Source: Eledone cirrhosa | Taxonomy: Eukaryota | NCBI GenBank assembly: GCA_964016885.1 | Contig: OZ024750.1 | Span: forward strand, 22,568,001-22,632,000 | DNA length: 64,000 nucleotides | Direction of reading: 5' to 3' | In this document: piece by piece, positions 43,337-57,247 of the stretch | Numbering within the stretch: the stretch's first letter is position 1 | How the letters are laid out: the number at the start of each line of letters is the position of its first letter | Notes under the pieces: generated by a model | The model's database searches: none | What the model was told of the DNA's origin: nothing | What the model saw: only the letters and a program-made list of their open reading frames with translations | Translations under genes and position numbers: made by a program

Positions 43337-45684
43337 AGGTCCCGTAACTCCTGATAGAGTCGTAGGGTCGCCGTATTGACATACGGCGTTCATGGGTATT
43401 TTAGGCCTGGCGGCGCCCCATCCCTCTCCAGGCCTTATATATATATATATATGCTTTGCAGCAAAGAGTTACGGCCCTTTATGGTCTGAGTTCAAATCCC
43501 GCCGAGGTTAACTTTGCCTTTCATCCTTAGCGGTCGATAAAATAAAGTACCAGTAATACACTGAGTTAATTGCTGGCCTTGTGCCAAAAGTAGAAACAAT
43601 ATATATATATATATATATATATACGTCAGTGTAGGTATCACGATGAAATGCACCCAATCCACACTATAAAGTGATATTGCCAGTTTCATGATTAAACGAA
43701 CCCAGTATTAACATTAAGAAGAGCATCCTTCCGTAGAAACTCTGCCAAAATGAAATGTAAAAGTAAGAAGTGGTCTTCTGACCAATCTAGTCTCAGTGCA
43801 TGACAACTCGTTCAACCCATGCCTGCGGGGTAAACGGACGTATCACAGTGATTATGAGGATACGTAAATATACATTTTTTTTGCACTTCTTGGTGTAGCT
43901 AACCCGTGTCTAATAACCCCATCTACCTAGAAACCTTCGAAAACGATGAACTTCTGTTGTTGTTTTCGAAGTTTAAGTTGACGTTTTCGCCCTTTTGTTT
44001 GTGTGAATGTCTATGTTTGTAAAAGTCTCTGTTTTGGTCAGGAGTTATTTTCTTCTGTTTGTCTTTTATTTCAACATTTTCATTGGTGGACGAATCTGTT
44101 GCTACCACGTTTGCAACTATCACCTCTCTCCACTCCTCCAGAAGAACCACACTAAATCTTTAGTAACCTGTTGAATTTCTACCTTTATGGTAACGGGGTG
44201 AATGTTCAAATTCAGAAGTTCCTTATCAACAAAAAAAAAGGAAACGAGCTGATTGTCAGATCGGACCGAGGAAATAATATTTCCATTGATCTTTTCATTG
44301 TTAATACTATCTGCCGGACGCTCAACTCTTAGAAAACGGAGGTGGGATTTCAATACAGAATGTACATAACCGGGTTAGTCAGATACCACGAAGCATACCG
44401 TCAGACTGTTTAACAATTCTGCCAATCCACCCCCACTAGATCCGTACTTTATTCAACAACCTTCTGAAATGATGAAAGGCAAAGTTGACCTCAGTGCGAT
44501 TTGAACTGAGAACACTGAGCCGGAACAAATATCAAGGCATTTAAACCGACGCCCTAACGACTCTGTCAATTCGTCGCCTAACAAAATCAATGACTATGAA
44601 GTAAAATTTACTGCTTACACCTATGTCAGTTTAGCTGGCTTCATAGAAGGCTGTATCTAGCAAGAGGTTTCTCAGATGTTTTGATGATAAGGGCCTCAAT
44701 CCTATTATACAAATTCATATGTATGTTGTTACATCTCACACCTGTGTCAGTTTAGCTGGCTTCATAGAAGGTTGTATCTAGCAAGAGGTTTCTCAGATGT
44801 TTTGATGATAGGGGCCTCAATCCTATCACATACATACATGTGTATGTTGTTACATCTGACACCTATGTAGGTTTAGCTGGTTTCTGGCCTCGTACGAGAG
44901 AAAGTTTCTCGGGTGCTTTAATAATAGAGTCATCACGCCTATCATAAAAACAACACGAAATGAAAGGTTTTGCTGAAGAACACAACGTATTGCCCGGTAC
45001 AGGAATTGAACCTATGATCAAAATGAAACAAAACAAACTCCTTTTCTTCTTGTCTTTCTTATCATTTATTCCACTAGCCGTGTACAAAATTACAATATAG
45101 AAAAGGTGCATGAAAAACGGTTTGTTACACTATTTACAAAGAGGATAAAAAGTACTTAGGGAAGGAATGAACTAATATTGAGAAAGTGCTAATATTGGTA
45201 GATTGGCAGAATCGGTAGAGCGTCAGACATCATGCTTTGCAACATAGAGTTATAGCCATTTATGTTCTGAGTTCAAATCCCACCGAGGTTAATTTTTGTC
45301 TTTCATCCTTACGGGGGTCGATAAAATACAGTACCAGTAATGCACTGGGGGGTAAATTGCTGGCCTTGTGCCAAAAGAAGAAACAATTATTAAGAACATG
45401 TTAATCAGGCTAGAGATGCCATCGAGAAAGACTATTATCCTTTTCATGAGGGGCCCCCGCCAAGCTCTCAGAGCTCTGATACGCTCATTCGCTCACAGCA
45501 ACAGCCAGTTATTGTTATCGAAATGTCTTGTTCCTCTAAGTGATCACAATAAGCGGCTTCTATTTCTATTACTATTAACCGACTCTAGAACACCAGTTTC
45601 CTGGCATTCAACTGTTTTATACTAAATGCCACCTTCTATTTTGTCTGCTGCTCTGCCGAGCGTACTGAAGTCTATTCTTTCTTC

Positions 45685-45690
45685 TACTAC

Positions 45691-45762
<72 letters not shown>

Positions 45763-45926
45763 TTGGTAGTAGTAGTAGTAGTTTTGGTCGTGTTGGTGGT
45801 GGTTGTAGTAGTAGCGGTGGTGTTGATGGTGATTGTAGTAGTAGTGGTGGTGGTGGTAGTGATAGTGATGTTGGTGGTGGTAGTAGTGGTGGTGTTGGTG
45901 GTGGTGTCAGTAGTGGTAATAGTAGC

Positions 45927-45979
<53 letters not shown>

Positions 45980-46040
45980 TGTTGGTAGTGATATTAGTAG
46001 TGGTGGTGTTATTGGTGTTGTTGTTGGTGGTGGCAGTAGC

Positions 46041-46082
<42 letters not shown>

Positions 46083-46960
46083 GGTGGCGGTGGTACCAAG
46101 ATGATAAGAAACCATTATCTACAATGGAAGCAGTGGGTGGAGATGTCGATGATGTCATAGGTGGAGTGTTTTGTTTGTTTTTTGCTTACCACATTTTATC
46201 GACTTTTTCATCACTTTCATCTTCACCATATCATCATCATCATCATCATCAATATTATCATCATCATCATCATATCATCATCATCATATCATCATCATCA
46301 TCATCATATCAACATCAGCATCATCATCATCATCATCTTCATCAATATTATCATTATCATCGTCGCTACTGCCATCATCATCATCATCATCATCATCATC
46401 ATTATTACAATCATCACTACCACCACTACCACCATCACTATCACCACCACCACCACCTTCACTACAACCACTACCACCACCATCACTACCACCACCACCA
46501 CCATCACTATCACCACTACCACCACCATCACTACCACCACAACCACCACCTTCACTACCACCACCACCACTATCACCATCACTATCACCATCACTACCAC
46601 TACCACCACCACCACTACCACCACCACCACTACCACCACCACCACTACCACCACCACCACTATCACCATCACTACCACCACCACCACTATCACCATCACT
46701 ATCACTACTACCACCACCACCACCACCACCATCACTACCACCACCACCACCACCACCACCACCACCATCACTACCACCACTACCTCCACCACCACCACCA
46801 CCATCACTACCACCACTACTATCACCATCACTACCATCACCATCACTACCACCACTACCACCACCATCACCATCACCACCACCACCACCACCACCATCAC
46901 TATCACCACTACCACCACTACCACCACTACCTCCACCACCACCACCACTACCACCACAAC
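45685..46960. repeat. Large compound trinucleotide microsatellites (CTA/TAG/GGT then CAT/CAC/TAC)
   Basis: Direct inspection. Source of the poly-T/V/H/P ORFs. Confidence 0.95.
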
Positions 46961-47868
46961 TTAACTTTCATCCTTCCGTGGTCGATAAAATAAAATACCA
47001 ATCAAGTACTGAGATCGATTTAATTCCCCCCTACCCCACCTCACATAAATTCTGGCCTGGTATCTTTATTACTATTATCCTCAGTTCTGAGTTCAAATCC
47101 CGCCGAGGTTAACTTTGCCTTTCATCCTTACGGGGTCGATAAAATAAAGTACCAGTAATGCACTGGGATAATTGCTGGCCTTGTGCCAAAAGTAGAAACA
47201 ATTAGTATTACCCACAAGACGGTCAATTCAACAGAGTCGCTAGAGTGTTAGATATTTGTTCCTTGTCACTGCAGTCTGAGTTCAAATCCCACCGAGGTTC
47301 ACTTTGTATTTCATTCTTTTGTGGTCGATAAAGTAAGTAAAAGCCCAGTGCTGGTGTTGTCCTCTCTCCCTCCAGATGTTACATCCTGGATGTTTGGCTG
47401 GATCATAGTGAAGAGAGGGTGAAACGGGTGTTTGTGTCTTCTCGCGAGTGCATGGGTACCTAAAATCCCTTAAGGAAAGCATGGTGCATGCATACCACCA
47501 AGTCATACTTGATTGAGAGTGATGGTTGTAGTTTTGTTGTAGTTTTTGTTGTAGTTTTTGTTGTTGTTGTTGTTGTTGTTATTTTTTTACTATCGTCATC
47601 ATCATTACCACCAACGTCAACATCAGCATAGTGATCGCCACCACCACCGTCACCAAAATGATCATCGCCAGTCGTTACCACCACCACCGCCACTACCACC
47701 ATCACCGCCACCGCCTCTACCACCACCACCACCACCACCACCACCACCACCACCGTCATCATCATTGCTAATCTCATCAAAATAATAGCAGTTATCTCTC
47801 CATTGCCTCTTTTCCTGCTCCCCCCACCCCACCCCGGCTGTTTTCTTCCGCTCTCTCGAGTGTTGGTT

Positions 47869-47909
<41 letters not shown>

Positions 47910-48559
47910 TTGGGGTGGGTGTGGGGGTGTTGGTACTACTAGTGTTGATGAAAGTGATAATGGCGGTAACGATGGTGGTGAGGATGGTAGGAGATATACT
48001 AATCACGTGTACACAACACTAGTAGTAGTTGTGGGTAGACAAGATACCAAATATATCTCTACTCTCTCTCTTTCTTACCCACCCTCTCATTCTTTCTTAT
48101 TCTGCTTTTTTATTCTTACATTATATTTTCTCATAATGTAGTCTTCGCCTTTTCATTAAATAAAAAAAAACTGCGTTTGTACACACACATATGTATATAG
48201 ACAGCTAACACACATATATAAGTATACGTACTACATAAGCTCACACACGTTCAAACTTTTTTAAAAGTCGTCTGCTTCTAAAATTTACCTGTGAGTTCTT
48301 TCTTCGTCAGAGGATCCAGTTTGTTTTTTTTTTCTCCATCAAAATCTGATACCCCACACAGTTCTCTCGTTACTATAGTAAGGTTTGCTTTGGGTTGTTT
48401 GTGGTCGTTACAGATTTACAAACGGAAAACTACGTTAAGAATTGCTTTCGAATAACCGCCCACAGATAATACTGAATCGTGTGTGTACGTGTGTACAAAT
48501 GACCTTTCTTTTAGAAACTAAACAACTGCAACAAAACAAATTAATAATAAAAAAGATGG

Positions 48560-49005
48560 ATGGAAGCTGACAAACTTTCAGTCAGTTTTAATGAGTTTAG
48601 TTTTATTTTCACACGCATTAATAACTACGGTAACAACATCATTGAATATTTATATACCTTCCTTTCTGCCTCTCAACTGTGAGCACGGCACACGCTAGCC
48701 CTGCACGTTCGTTAGCTAACCATTTAAGGATTTGCCAGTCGCTCCCTAAAATCAAGACTGAGGGCCCCTTGAAAAATACTACTACTACTACTAAAAAACA
48801 AAACAAAAAAAAAAACGGAAAAGAAAATACGTATTTTTAGTTCTGGTTTATGTCGTGATACGAAAATGGAAAGAAAATTCCATTGAATGGGGACTTTTTG
48901 TGTGTGCAAATTGTAAACAAAATGTTGAAATAATTAATATCTTAAAAAAGCAAACAAAACTATTTCATTTTTCTCAATCCAAGTTGAGGAAAATAATATC
49001 CTCAC
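48560..49005 (+). promoter_or_regulatory. Candidate promoter/5'UTR for the ATG-49006 isoform
   Basis: Repeat-free stretch with overlapping Inr-like TCAGTC/TCAGTT at 48578-48587. Weak evidence only. Confidence 0.2.
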
Positions 49006-49099
49006 ATGATGGATTTAGAGTACGAAGACGGAGACTCGTCAAATTTATCCGATGTTGGGTCGTTGGCCGATAATGATGATGTGTCCATCTACCTTTCAG
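49006..49099 (+). CDS. Possible alternative in-frame N-terminal extension (MMDLEYEDGDSSNLSDVGSLADNDDVSIYLS) of the ankyrin exon
   Basis: ATGATG at 49006 is in frame and open into the ankyrin exon. Acidic, non-repetitive, coding-like composition, preceded by unique UTR-like sequence. Confidence 0.45.
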
Positions 49100-49250
49100 G
49101 ACTAACACCTTTACATCAGGCAGTACTGGACGGCAATATAGCTGTGACTAAATTGCTCATTTCTCATGGAGCAGACGTTAATAAACAGGATGAGGACTTC
49201 TGGACACCTTTACACGCTGCATGTGCCGAAGGACATTCAGACATTGTCAA
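49100..49250 (+). CDS. PPP1R27: Coding exon with two ankyrin repeats, PP1 regulatory subunit (PPP1R27-like; MYPT/PPP1R16 family)
   Basis: Translates (G)LTPLHQAVLDGNIAVTKLLISHGADVNKQDEDFWTPLHAACAEGHSDIV(K). Acceptor ctacctttcAG ends at 49099 (phase 1) and donor GTAAGT starts at 49251 (phase 2), giving 151 nt. The pattern LH.AVL.GN....KLL...GAD....DE..WTPLH.AC..G..DI matches PPP1R27 as recalled from memory. Ankyrin call is strong, orthology is tentative. Flanking exons were not found in the window. Confidence 0.85.
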
Positions 49251-49289
49251 GTAAGTAGTTTCCTTTCTTTTTTTACATACATACATACA

Positions 49290-49666
49290 TACATGGTGGC
49301 TGCCAACTCGTTTTCGAGTACGGCCACTACTTTATATCCATGTAGGAGAACCCCTACTGATGCGCTGAACGAGTGTGACTTTTTAGTCCAGCCAGCGACT
49401 TGAAAGCTCTGGTACAAACACTACACTTGTGACAATTATTGACACATAGTGCTGGGCCCATGGTACCATGTGACGACAAATGCAGAGAGATCTCCAGATA
49501 TAAAGCAATGCCTGTGCCGTGAAGCTTTTATAGTGAGCAAAGGCACTGCACAAAGCCAGTCCCACTCTCTTAACCAAGATGATATTTACCAAAAAGAAGA
49601 ACAAGTCAACATCATTGGATACCATCAGGGTTGCAGGTGTTATATCAGAGTTTTCCTTCTCCTAGA
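49290..49666 (-). mobile_element. Short non-autonomous RTE-derived element with a C2H2 finger, in (TACA)n
   Basis: 5' motif TCTAGGAGAAGGAAAACTCTGA (49645-49666), CSVCTRAFKSLAGLKSHTRSAHQ* (49425-49354), short 3'UTR and (ATGT)n tail. Confidence 0.6.
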
Positions 49667-49808
49667 ATTCATACATACATACATACATACATACATACAT
49701 ACATACATACACACATACATATACACTTGCATACATACGTACGTACATACATACGCATACATACATACATACATTCATACATTCATACATTTATAAACTT
49801 AAATATTT

Positions 49809-49857
<49 letters not shown>

Positions 49858-50037
49858 ACATTCATACATACACGCCCAAACACACATTCTTACGCACACT
49901 AACACACAAACCACACACCACACACCACACATTTGCATGTTCACTGGGTAGTTCATGTCTCTGGTGGTCAGCAAGGGAGGTGTGGTCTGATTCCTGTCGC
50001 CAGACAATTGGAACCCCCCCCCCCCTCCATCTCAACG

Positions 50038-50182
<145 letters not shown>

Positions 50183-50443
50183 TACCTGCACGCGTACAGA
50201 CGGACATATTAATATTTCCTGGTGTATATACAGATTGATATACATACTGATGTAGATGTATATACATTCATATATGTGTGCATTATCTTCATGCGGAACC
50301 ATGAGTGAAACTTGGAAAACGGAAACTGTGTGGAAGCCCGAATTATGAACTTAAAAAGACCAGTTTTGTCGCACGCGCAGTGCCAAGCTGATTGTGTCCA
50401 AGATTTCGTTAAATATATAATGTATGTGGAATACTCAACCACC

Positions 50444-50524
<81 letters not shown>

Positions 50525-50527
50525 ATA

Positions 50528-50633
<106 letters not shown>

Positions 50634-50636
50634 TAT

Positions 50637-50696
<60 letters not shown>

Positions 50697-52489
50697 TTGT
50701 ATACTTACATATATATATATATACTTGTATACTTATATATATATATATATACTTGTATACTTATATATATATACTTGTATACTTATATATATATATATAT
50801 ACTGGTATACTTGTATATATACATATATACATACATATACTTGTGTATATATATATATATACTTGTATACTTATATATATATATATACCGGTAATTCGAA
50901 GTCCTTGTCACATGGTGTCACTCCTCTTTTAAAGACTGTAGGTTATTATTTTAAGGAGATTTGACTGCTATTTCTTTTTAACTCATCGAACGACTATGTT
51001 GAGGCACCCACGTTGGTTCGCCCCCTCGATGTAGTATGGTAATGTCATGACAACCTAACGTAAGATCTGCAGACTTGTTGACTAACCAGAAATCTCATGT
51101 AGGTGTAAGTGAAACGAAATATATACTTACGTCTAGGACCGGCGTTACCATTAGGCCAATAAGGACGCTGATATCAGAACCTTGGACGCTGATATCAGAA
51201 CTTTAAAGATTCAATATCACATTTTTATACAAATTTGTATAATTAAATAAAATATATATTATTGTCTTGTGATCAGTAAATAAATCACTAAACATCTTTG
51301 CTGCATAATAAAGTTGCGGAAATATTGAAAGCAGTTGTGAGGGTTGTATGGTATTATGACCTGGTACATGGTTTCGCGTGAGTGAGTGTGGACTGTGTAG
51401 CAGAAAATACAGGCTTTTTGTGGTGAAGCAGGTCAAGAAGTGTCAAAACCTAGGATGGCCAACTTACCAGATTGTAAGTTGAGATTCCTTCATATGAGAG
51501 AAGGAAGGCACATTGTAGGGCACACTAGGCCATGAATATCCGAGTGCCGGCTCTGTGTATATATTTGTCTTTAAAATAATCAAAAAAGAAACAGATTAAA
51601 ATAAGAAACACGGATAGTAAGAGAAAATGAATGAAAATATGGAAGAGATAATTTAATAATAACGATGAAAAAAAAAGATGGCGTCCATTTTGTAAGAAAT
51701 ACATGCGGTATTTGATTATGTCCCTTTATCGTCTCATTTAAAATCTCGCTAAGGGAAACACTGAATATCATTTTTCCGGTCTTGATAAAATAAGGACCAT
51801 GGGTCAATGAAATTGTGCAGGACGGGGTCTAGTTAATCGATTGTATTCTTTCTTGCGATATATGCCCCCCGCCCCAACTTGTGCCCATGATACTAAATAA
51901 TATTGAATGTTAATAAATTGAACAACAGATATTTCTTCCATACCTCTCTTTTTTTTTTTATTAATGTCATCATCCAGATTTCCAATCATCAGGAAGCCCT
52001 TCATGGTTCCTGGTGATATCTCCCGAATGAAACAGTTCTAGTCCTGTAGAAGCCATTTCTATATTAAATATTTATACTCTGCTATGTATTGAGTACCTTA
52101 CTTACTGTGGTTACCTCCTATTGAACCCGGGATAAATATATATATATATATATATGTGTGTGAGTGTGTGTATGTAAAAGGTAAACAGAAATAACAACAC
52201 AATCGGTACAGTATATGGAAGTGATATATCAGGTTAACGCTTGATATAGCAGGAAGAGGGTCGTAACGTTTGTGACATATATATATATTATGTCGGCATT
52301 TTATTGCTCAGTAGTAAATTTTCACTACTGTCTGAGATTATAATTGTTGTTTTGCTTTTCATGTAAAATGTAAAAAATAAAATTATATTCGAAATAATCT
52401 TTTCATGAAACCAATATAATTGAATTCAGCGAAACAGGGTAAAAAAATATTTTTTTATCCTTCAAATTTGTTCAAATTTCAGCTTTACA

Positions 52490-52579
<90 letters not shown>

Positions 52580-53475
52580 ACGTAGTCTTACCATTTCAGT
52601 ATACAGATGTATTGATATCTTATCAAAGCTTAAAACAGAAAATAATAGCGTTAGTAATGCTTCTAAACAAGGTTTATATTGTTTCGTCGTCTAATATAAA
52701 GTCTAAAGCCAATAATAATAATAAAAGGTACATGTAGGCAGATTACAACGGTCTGGGTCATAGGAGATGCCGGACTGTGATGTGCCGGATTTTTTTTAAA
52801 GATTCAACTTGTACTAAGAACTAACGTAAGATGGTAGTGTCCAACACACATATACACACACACGCGAAAGTACTATGGACTAACGTTTGATATAGTATAA
52901 TATTGTTAAAATAACGTGTGACATGTTATATACCATTCAAACATACAGCAAACTTCCGTAAAGATCTACCTGAGATCTCAAACGAGAGACAACTGACTCC
53001 CAGGGAAGAAGTTGGCGAGGAATCCAAACTAGGAAAATAAGTATGCATGGTGTATATATCAAATGAAATACCAACACACCCAACTATAATGAACATTGTG
53101 TATATATCAAATGAAATACCAACATATCCTGTTATAGTACACATTGTGTATATATCAAATGAAATACCAACATATAGAGCTATAAGGGCGATAATGAATT
53201 TGTAGTTCACAAAATACTGCTACGCCAGACATAATCCCGTTAGGAACTATACAACCATTGAAGTTTGAACAGCTTGCTCATATTAATATGCTGCTTGGGT
53301 GAAAAAATTACTTGCAATGTCGCCTGGGTCTCTGAAAACCGCTGGTCTAATTGACAGCTTCTCATAACATCCTTAAAATAACTTTCATCAAATCTGACCC
53401 TGTCAAAAACAACAGTAAAGTACTACTGTCATATCTGTAGCTTTTATTTCTTTGTTTATTAAAGCTAGGAACATA

Positions 53476-53802
53476 CAGTTAAACCCCTACATTACGATAT
53501 CTAAAATAATGTGAACACCACTTTTGAAAAATGTAGTACAATAAATGAAAACTGCTGGCAATGCACTGGCTGGTTTACTTTCGTTTCTGCTTCCGCCATT
53601 GTGAAAATGCTTTCTCTCTATTTCAAAATATCTTCCCCGTCCCGATTAGTTGCTGACTGTATATTGAGCAGCTAATAAAAGATATCCCTTATGCCATGTC
53701 TCTTATTTCTTATTTACTGTACCCACTCTTCTCAGACAATAGAGGTTCCACAATAACGTCATCTTAAACCCACGAGGTTGCCGTTATTTGGGAAGTTTAC
53801 TG
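53476..53802. mobile_element. pogo/Tigger-like MITE
   Basis: TA-CAGTTAAACC...GGAAGTTTACTG-TA. A related left end (TA-CAGGTAAAATTCTGTTATAACGAA) lies at about 26572-26715. Confidence 0.6.
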
Positions 53803-54866
53803 TACAAACTTCTAGACGCGTGGCTCTGTGGTTAGAATGTTTGGTTCCAGACGACACGTTATGTCGTTGAGCAAGACACTTTGTTTCGTGTTGCTTCTCT
53901 TCACACAGCTGGAAAAAAATGAATTTTACCTGTAATTCAAAGAGCTTGTGGTTTAGTGGTTAGGGAGTTCGATTCCCAGCGGCACGTTTTATCCTTAAGC
54001 AAGACACTTTATTCTACGTTGCTTCGGTCCACTCAGCCGGAAAATAATGAGTTATACCTGAAATCCAGAGGGAACACGTGTCTAGAATGCTCAGCCACTT
54101 GAACGTTAATTTCATAAGCAGATTGTTCTGTTGATTCCATCAGCTGGAACACTCCTCGTCGGAACCGACAGAGGTCCAACTCTATACAAAGTAGGATTGT
54201 AAGCTGTATGTTGTATGATACCATGTCATATTATGAGCCCTTAACGATTGGAGTCGTAGGAGCCAGTAATGATTTACAACGTATCTTGGGCATTGAAACC
54301 TGACAGAGCCCATCCTTCTCCAGGTCAGAACACAGACGATTTTTTTCCAGAAGAGAGAGAATGAAGGCGAGAGTATGGAAGAGATGTAGAGGAAGAATCG
54401 ACTCCGAAATGGTCAAAGACAAGACTGACTGACCTCGGTGGGATTTGAACGAAATAACGCGAAGCATTCTAACAACTTTACCAGTTCGCCGCATTTATGA
54501 ATGATGACATATTATTAAAATATGTGACGTAAAGTAACGCTAAATACTGCCAGCGAAAAATGGCAGATTTGGTGTAGGAGGCAGTTAATATGCAGTAAAA
54601 GATGAAGAATTTTATCTCTTTGTAAATATAAAGTAAAGAATGTTTATCAAGGTTTGATTCATAAAATATAGGGCGATGGCAATGGGAGACGCTGCTGTAT
54701 CAGGCTGGGACAGGAAACCCTTTTTTGGTATATTTGAAAGTGGTATTTGAATTAAGTATGATCTAATAAAGCCATGTTAAAGGAAATTTTATTAGATATA
54801 CAGAAAATTTGTAATTACATTTTCAGTAGAAATGTAGTACAAAATAATTGTTTCTACTTTTGGCCG

Positions 54867-55190
54867 GAAAGTCGCACTTAGCAGTGCAAAAGGTGTACAT
54901 GAGTTTGTCAAAGGCCTCAGAAGGTCGCATTTAGGAGTGTTAAATGGTGCACATGAGTTTGTCAAAGGTCTTAGAAAGTCGCACTTAGCAGTGCCAAAGG
55001 GTGTACATGAGTTTGTCAAAGGCCTCAGAAGGTCGCATTTAGGAGTGTTAAATGGTGTACATGAGTTTGTCAAAGGCCTTAGAAAGTCGCACTTAGCAGT
55101 GCCAAAGGGTGTACATGAGTTTGTCAAAGGCCTCAGAAGGTCGCACTTAGGAGTGTCAAAGGCTGTACATGAGTTTGTCAAAAGCCACAC
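54867..55190. repeat. 54-bp minisatellite with A/B alternation (108-bp higher-order unit), 6 monomers
   Basis: Alternating AGAAAGTCGCACTTAGCAGTG and AGAAGGTCGCATTTAGGAGTG monomers, each containing ACATGAGTTTGTCAAAGG. Confidence 0.85.
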
Positions 55191-55407
55191 TTGAAGATGG
55201 GGATGTCAAAAGCCGCATTTGAGGGAACGGTGTCAAAGACCGCAGTCTTTCCCCCACCCCTTGATGTGAAGAATTATGAAATGATAAGCAGAATTTAGTT
55301 ACATAAGAGTAAGGGTATAGTTTTTCAGACTATTGCGTTACAGATGTTCAATATTTAGACCTTCCCTGTGTTTCAATTGGTTCGTAGATATGTAGTGTTT
55401 ATATAAT

Positions 55408-55593
55408 TGTTTCTACTTTTGGCACAAGGCCAGCAATTACCCCAGTGTATTACTTGTACTTTATTTTATCGACCCTGTAAGGATGAAAGGCAAAGTTAAC
55501 CTCGGCGGGATTTGAACTCAGTCCGTAAAGGGACGTAACTGTGCTGCAAAGCATGGCGTCCGACCCTCTACCGATACTGCCAATCCACCGCCC
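55408..55593 (-). mobile_element. Intact tRNA-derived SINE, family A (Meta/MESC-like central domain)
   Basis: A/B boxes, core CTTTGCCTTTCATCCTT.C.GGGTCGATAAAATAAAGTAC, TSD TATGTAGTGTTTATATAAT (55389-55407, 55594-55612). More than 20 further copies, e.g. 1815-2400 (3-4 in tandem), 22725-22945, 28140-28331, 37133-37305, 43452-43600, 45197-45390, 47083-47202, 56450-56617, 61375-61815. Confidence 0.9.
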
Positions 55594-57168
55594 TATGTAG
55601 TGTTTATATAATATTGATCAATCTTTCATATTCCAAAGATGTGAGGTTAAATAGTACAAACATTTATTTTGTAATAACTCGTCTCATTTAGACACGTGAA
55701 ACCTGTTATGCTCATTTATTTAGTAACCTGTTATATATATGTATTATTCGTTTTTGTTTTTGTCATGTTATATAAAGTATAGTATGCAGTTATTACGCGT
55801 ATATTTACGTATATTATGTAGTTTTTACGTATAGTATGTAGTTATAGTATATACGTATATTATGTAGTTTTTACGCGTATATTTGGGTGCGAACAATTTC
55901 TCTATACGAAACTTGTAATCCTTTGCAAAACTAAAATATTTACATTCTGTGGGGCTTTTACAATTCTGCGACAAGTAATCACTGACGTCAGTGTCTCAGC
56001 CTTCATATTGAAAAAAGAATTCGCTCCATCCTACAGAAACAACTAAGATATTTAAATTGATGATGACGAAATTCAAGTAGGTGATAACGAAATTGAAACT
56101 GATGATGACGAAATTGACGTCAATAATGACGAATCAGATGGGGGAAAACCCTATACATACATACACACACACATACATACATACATACATACATACATAC
56201 ATACATACATACATACATACATACATACATACATACAAACATAATCGCGTGTGTGTTTGTGTAAATAATGGAGTATCGGCTTTAATAAATAAATAAATAA
56301 TTCTATTGCTTTTTAATTATGTTTAGAAATATGAGAGTTGCAGAGTTGAGATTTAGCTCCAGGGGTGAAAGATCCCCAGGCTTAATTTCCTGACACAATC
56401 GTACATATATTTCCCATTGCTTATATAAATGCTTATACGTTAATGTTTATCGGATTGGACGCCATGCTTTGCAGCATAGAATTACGACGCTTTACGGTCT
56501 GAGTTCAAATCCCGCCGAAGTTAACTTTGCCTTTCATCCTTATGGGGTCGTTAAAATAAAATACCAGTAATGAACTGAGATAATTGCTGGCCTTGTGCCA
56601 AGAATAGAAACAATTAATGCTTATAGGGAAAGGCATGAATATCACTACGTCAGTGACCGCCTTTCCTCAAAGAGTTATTCATACATTAATACATTAATAC
56701 ACAGCGTTGATTACGAAATGTTAGACGTCAAACTGACTATATCTCACTTAGAGGTTCTAGTTTCATTGATAGCAGACGATAGCGATATCTAACGGCGTAC
56801 TTTCATAGTCGTAATTTCATGGTGTGTAGTTTCCTTGTAACATGCTATGATATACTACTTCCTACCAGAAACATACTTTAACATACTTTATATTTATATT
56901 TATCTACCTTTCTTTGTTCCTTTTTAGACAAGACTTTCCCAGATTATATATATATATATATACAGATTAGAGCAAACATCACGAGCGCTCTATCTTAAAT
57001 TTATTTTTTAAAAGCATTAGAAATGCGCAACCGGTAAAAACTTAAAACTAAAACTGAATACTAACCAATACTTATTACTAATTTATACTTATTCCTAATT
57101 AAACTATTTTTCACTGGGAAAAATTTGTCAGCATTTTCTTTTCCTTTTTACTAATATATATATATGCG

Positions 57169-57247
57169 CAGGGTGTCCCGCCAAAATGTATGCATACTTC
57201 AACAGCCTTCTAATCAAAATGTGTATACATTTTGGGGGGACACTCTA
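57169..57247. mobile_element. Tc1/mariner-type mini-MITE
   Basis: TIR CAGGGTGTCCCGCCAAAATGTAT / ATACATTTTGGGGGGACACTCTA in a TA context. Confidence 0.7.

Noticed and set aside
45617-47112. Long poly-His/Thr/Pro/Val ORFs
   Set aside because: Trinucleotide microsatellites open in several frames and running into SINEs.
51413-51473. Candidate exon ending in GTAAGT
   Set aside because: Purine-rich acceptor context and no ankyrin continuation in the phase-compatible frame.
52959-53040. Candidate terminal exon (ANFRKDLPEISNERQLTPREEVGEESKLGK*) for the ankyrin gene
   Set aside because: Needs phase 1 but the donor at 49251 is phase 2, which gives an early stop; weak pyrimidine tract.
54792-55194. 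18-aa periodic ORFs on both strands
   Set aside because: 54-bp minisatellite without splice signals, adjoining a truncated SINE end.
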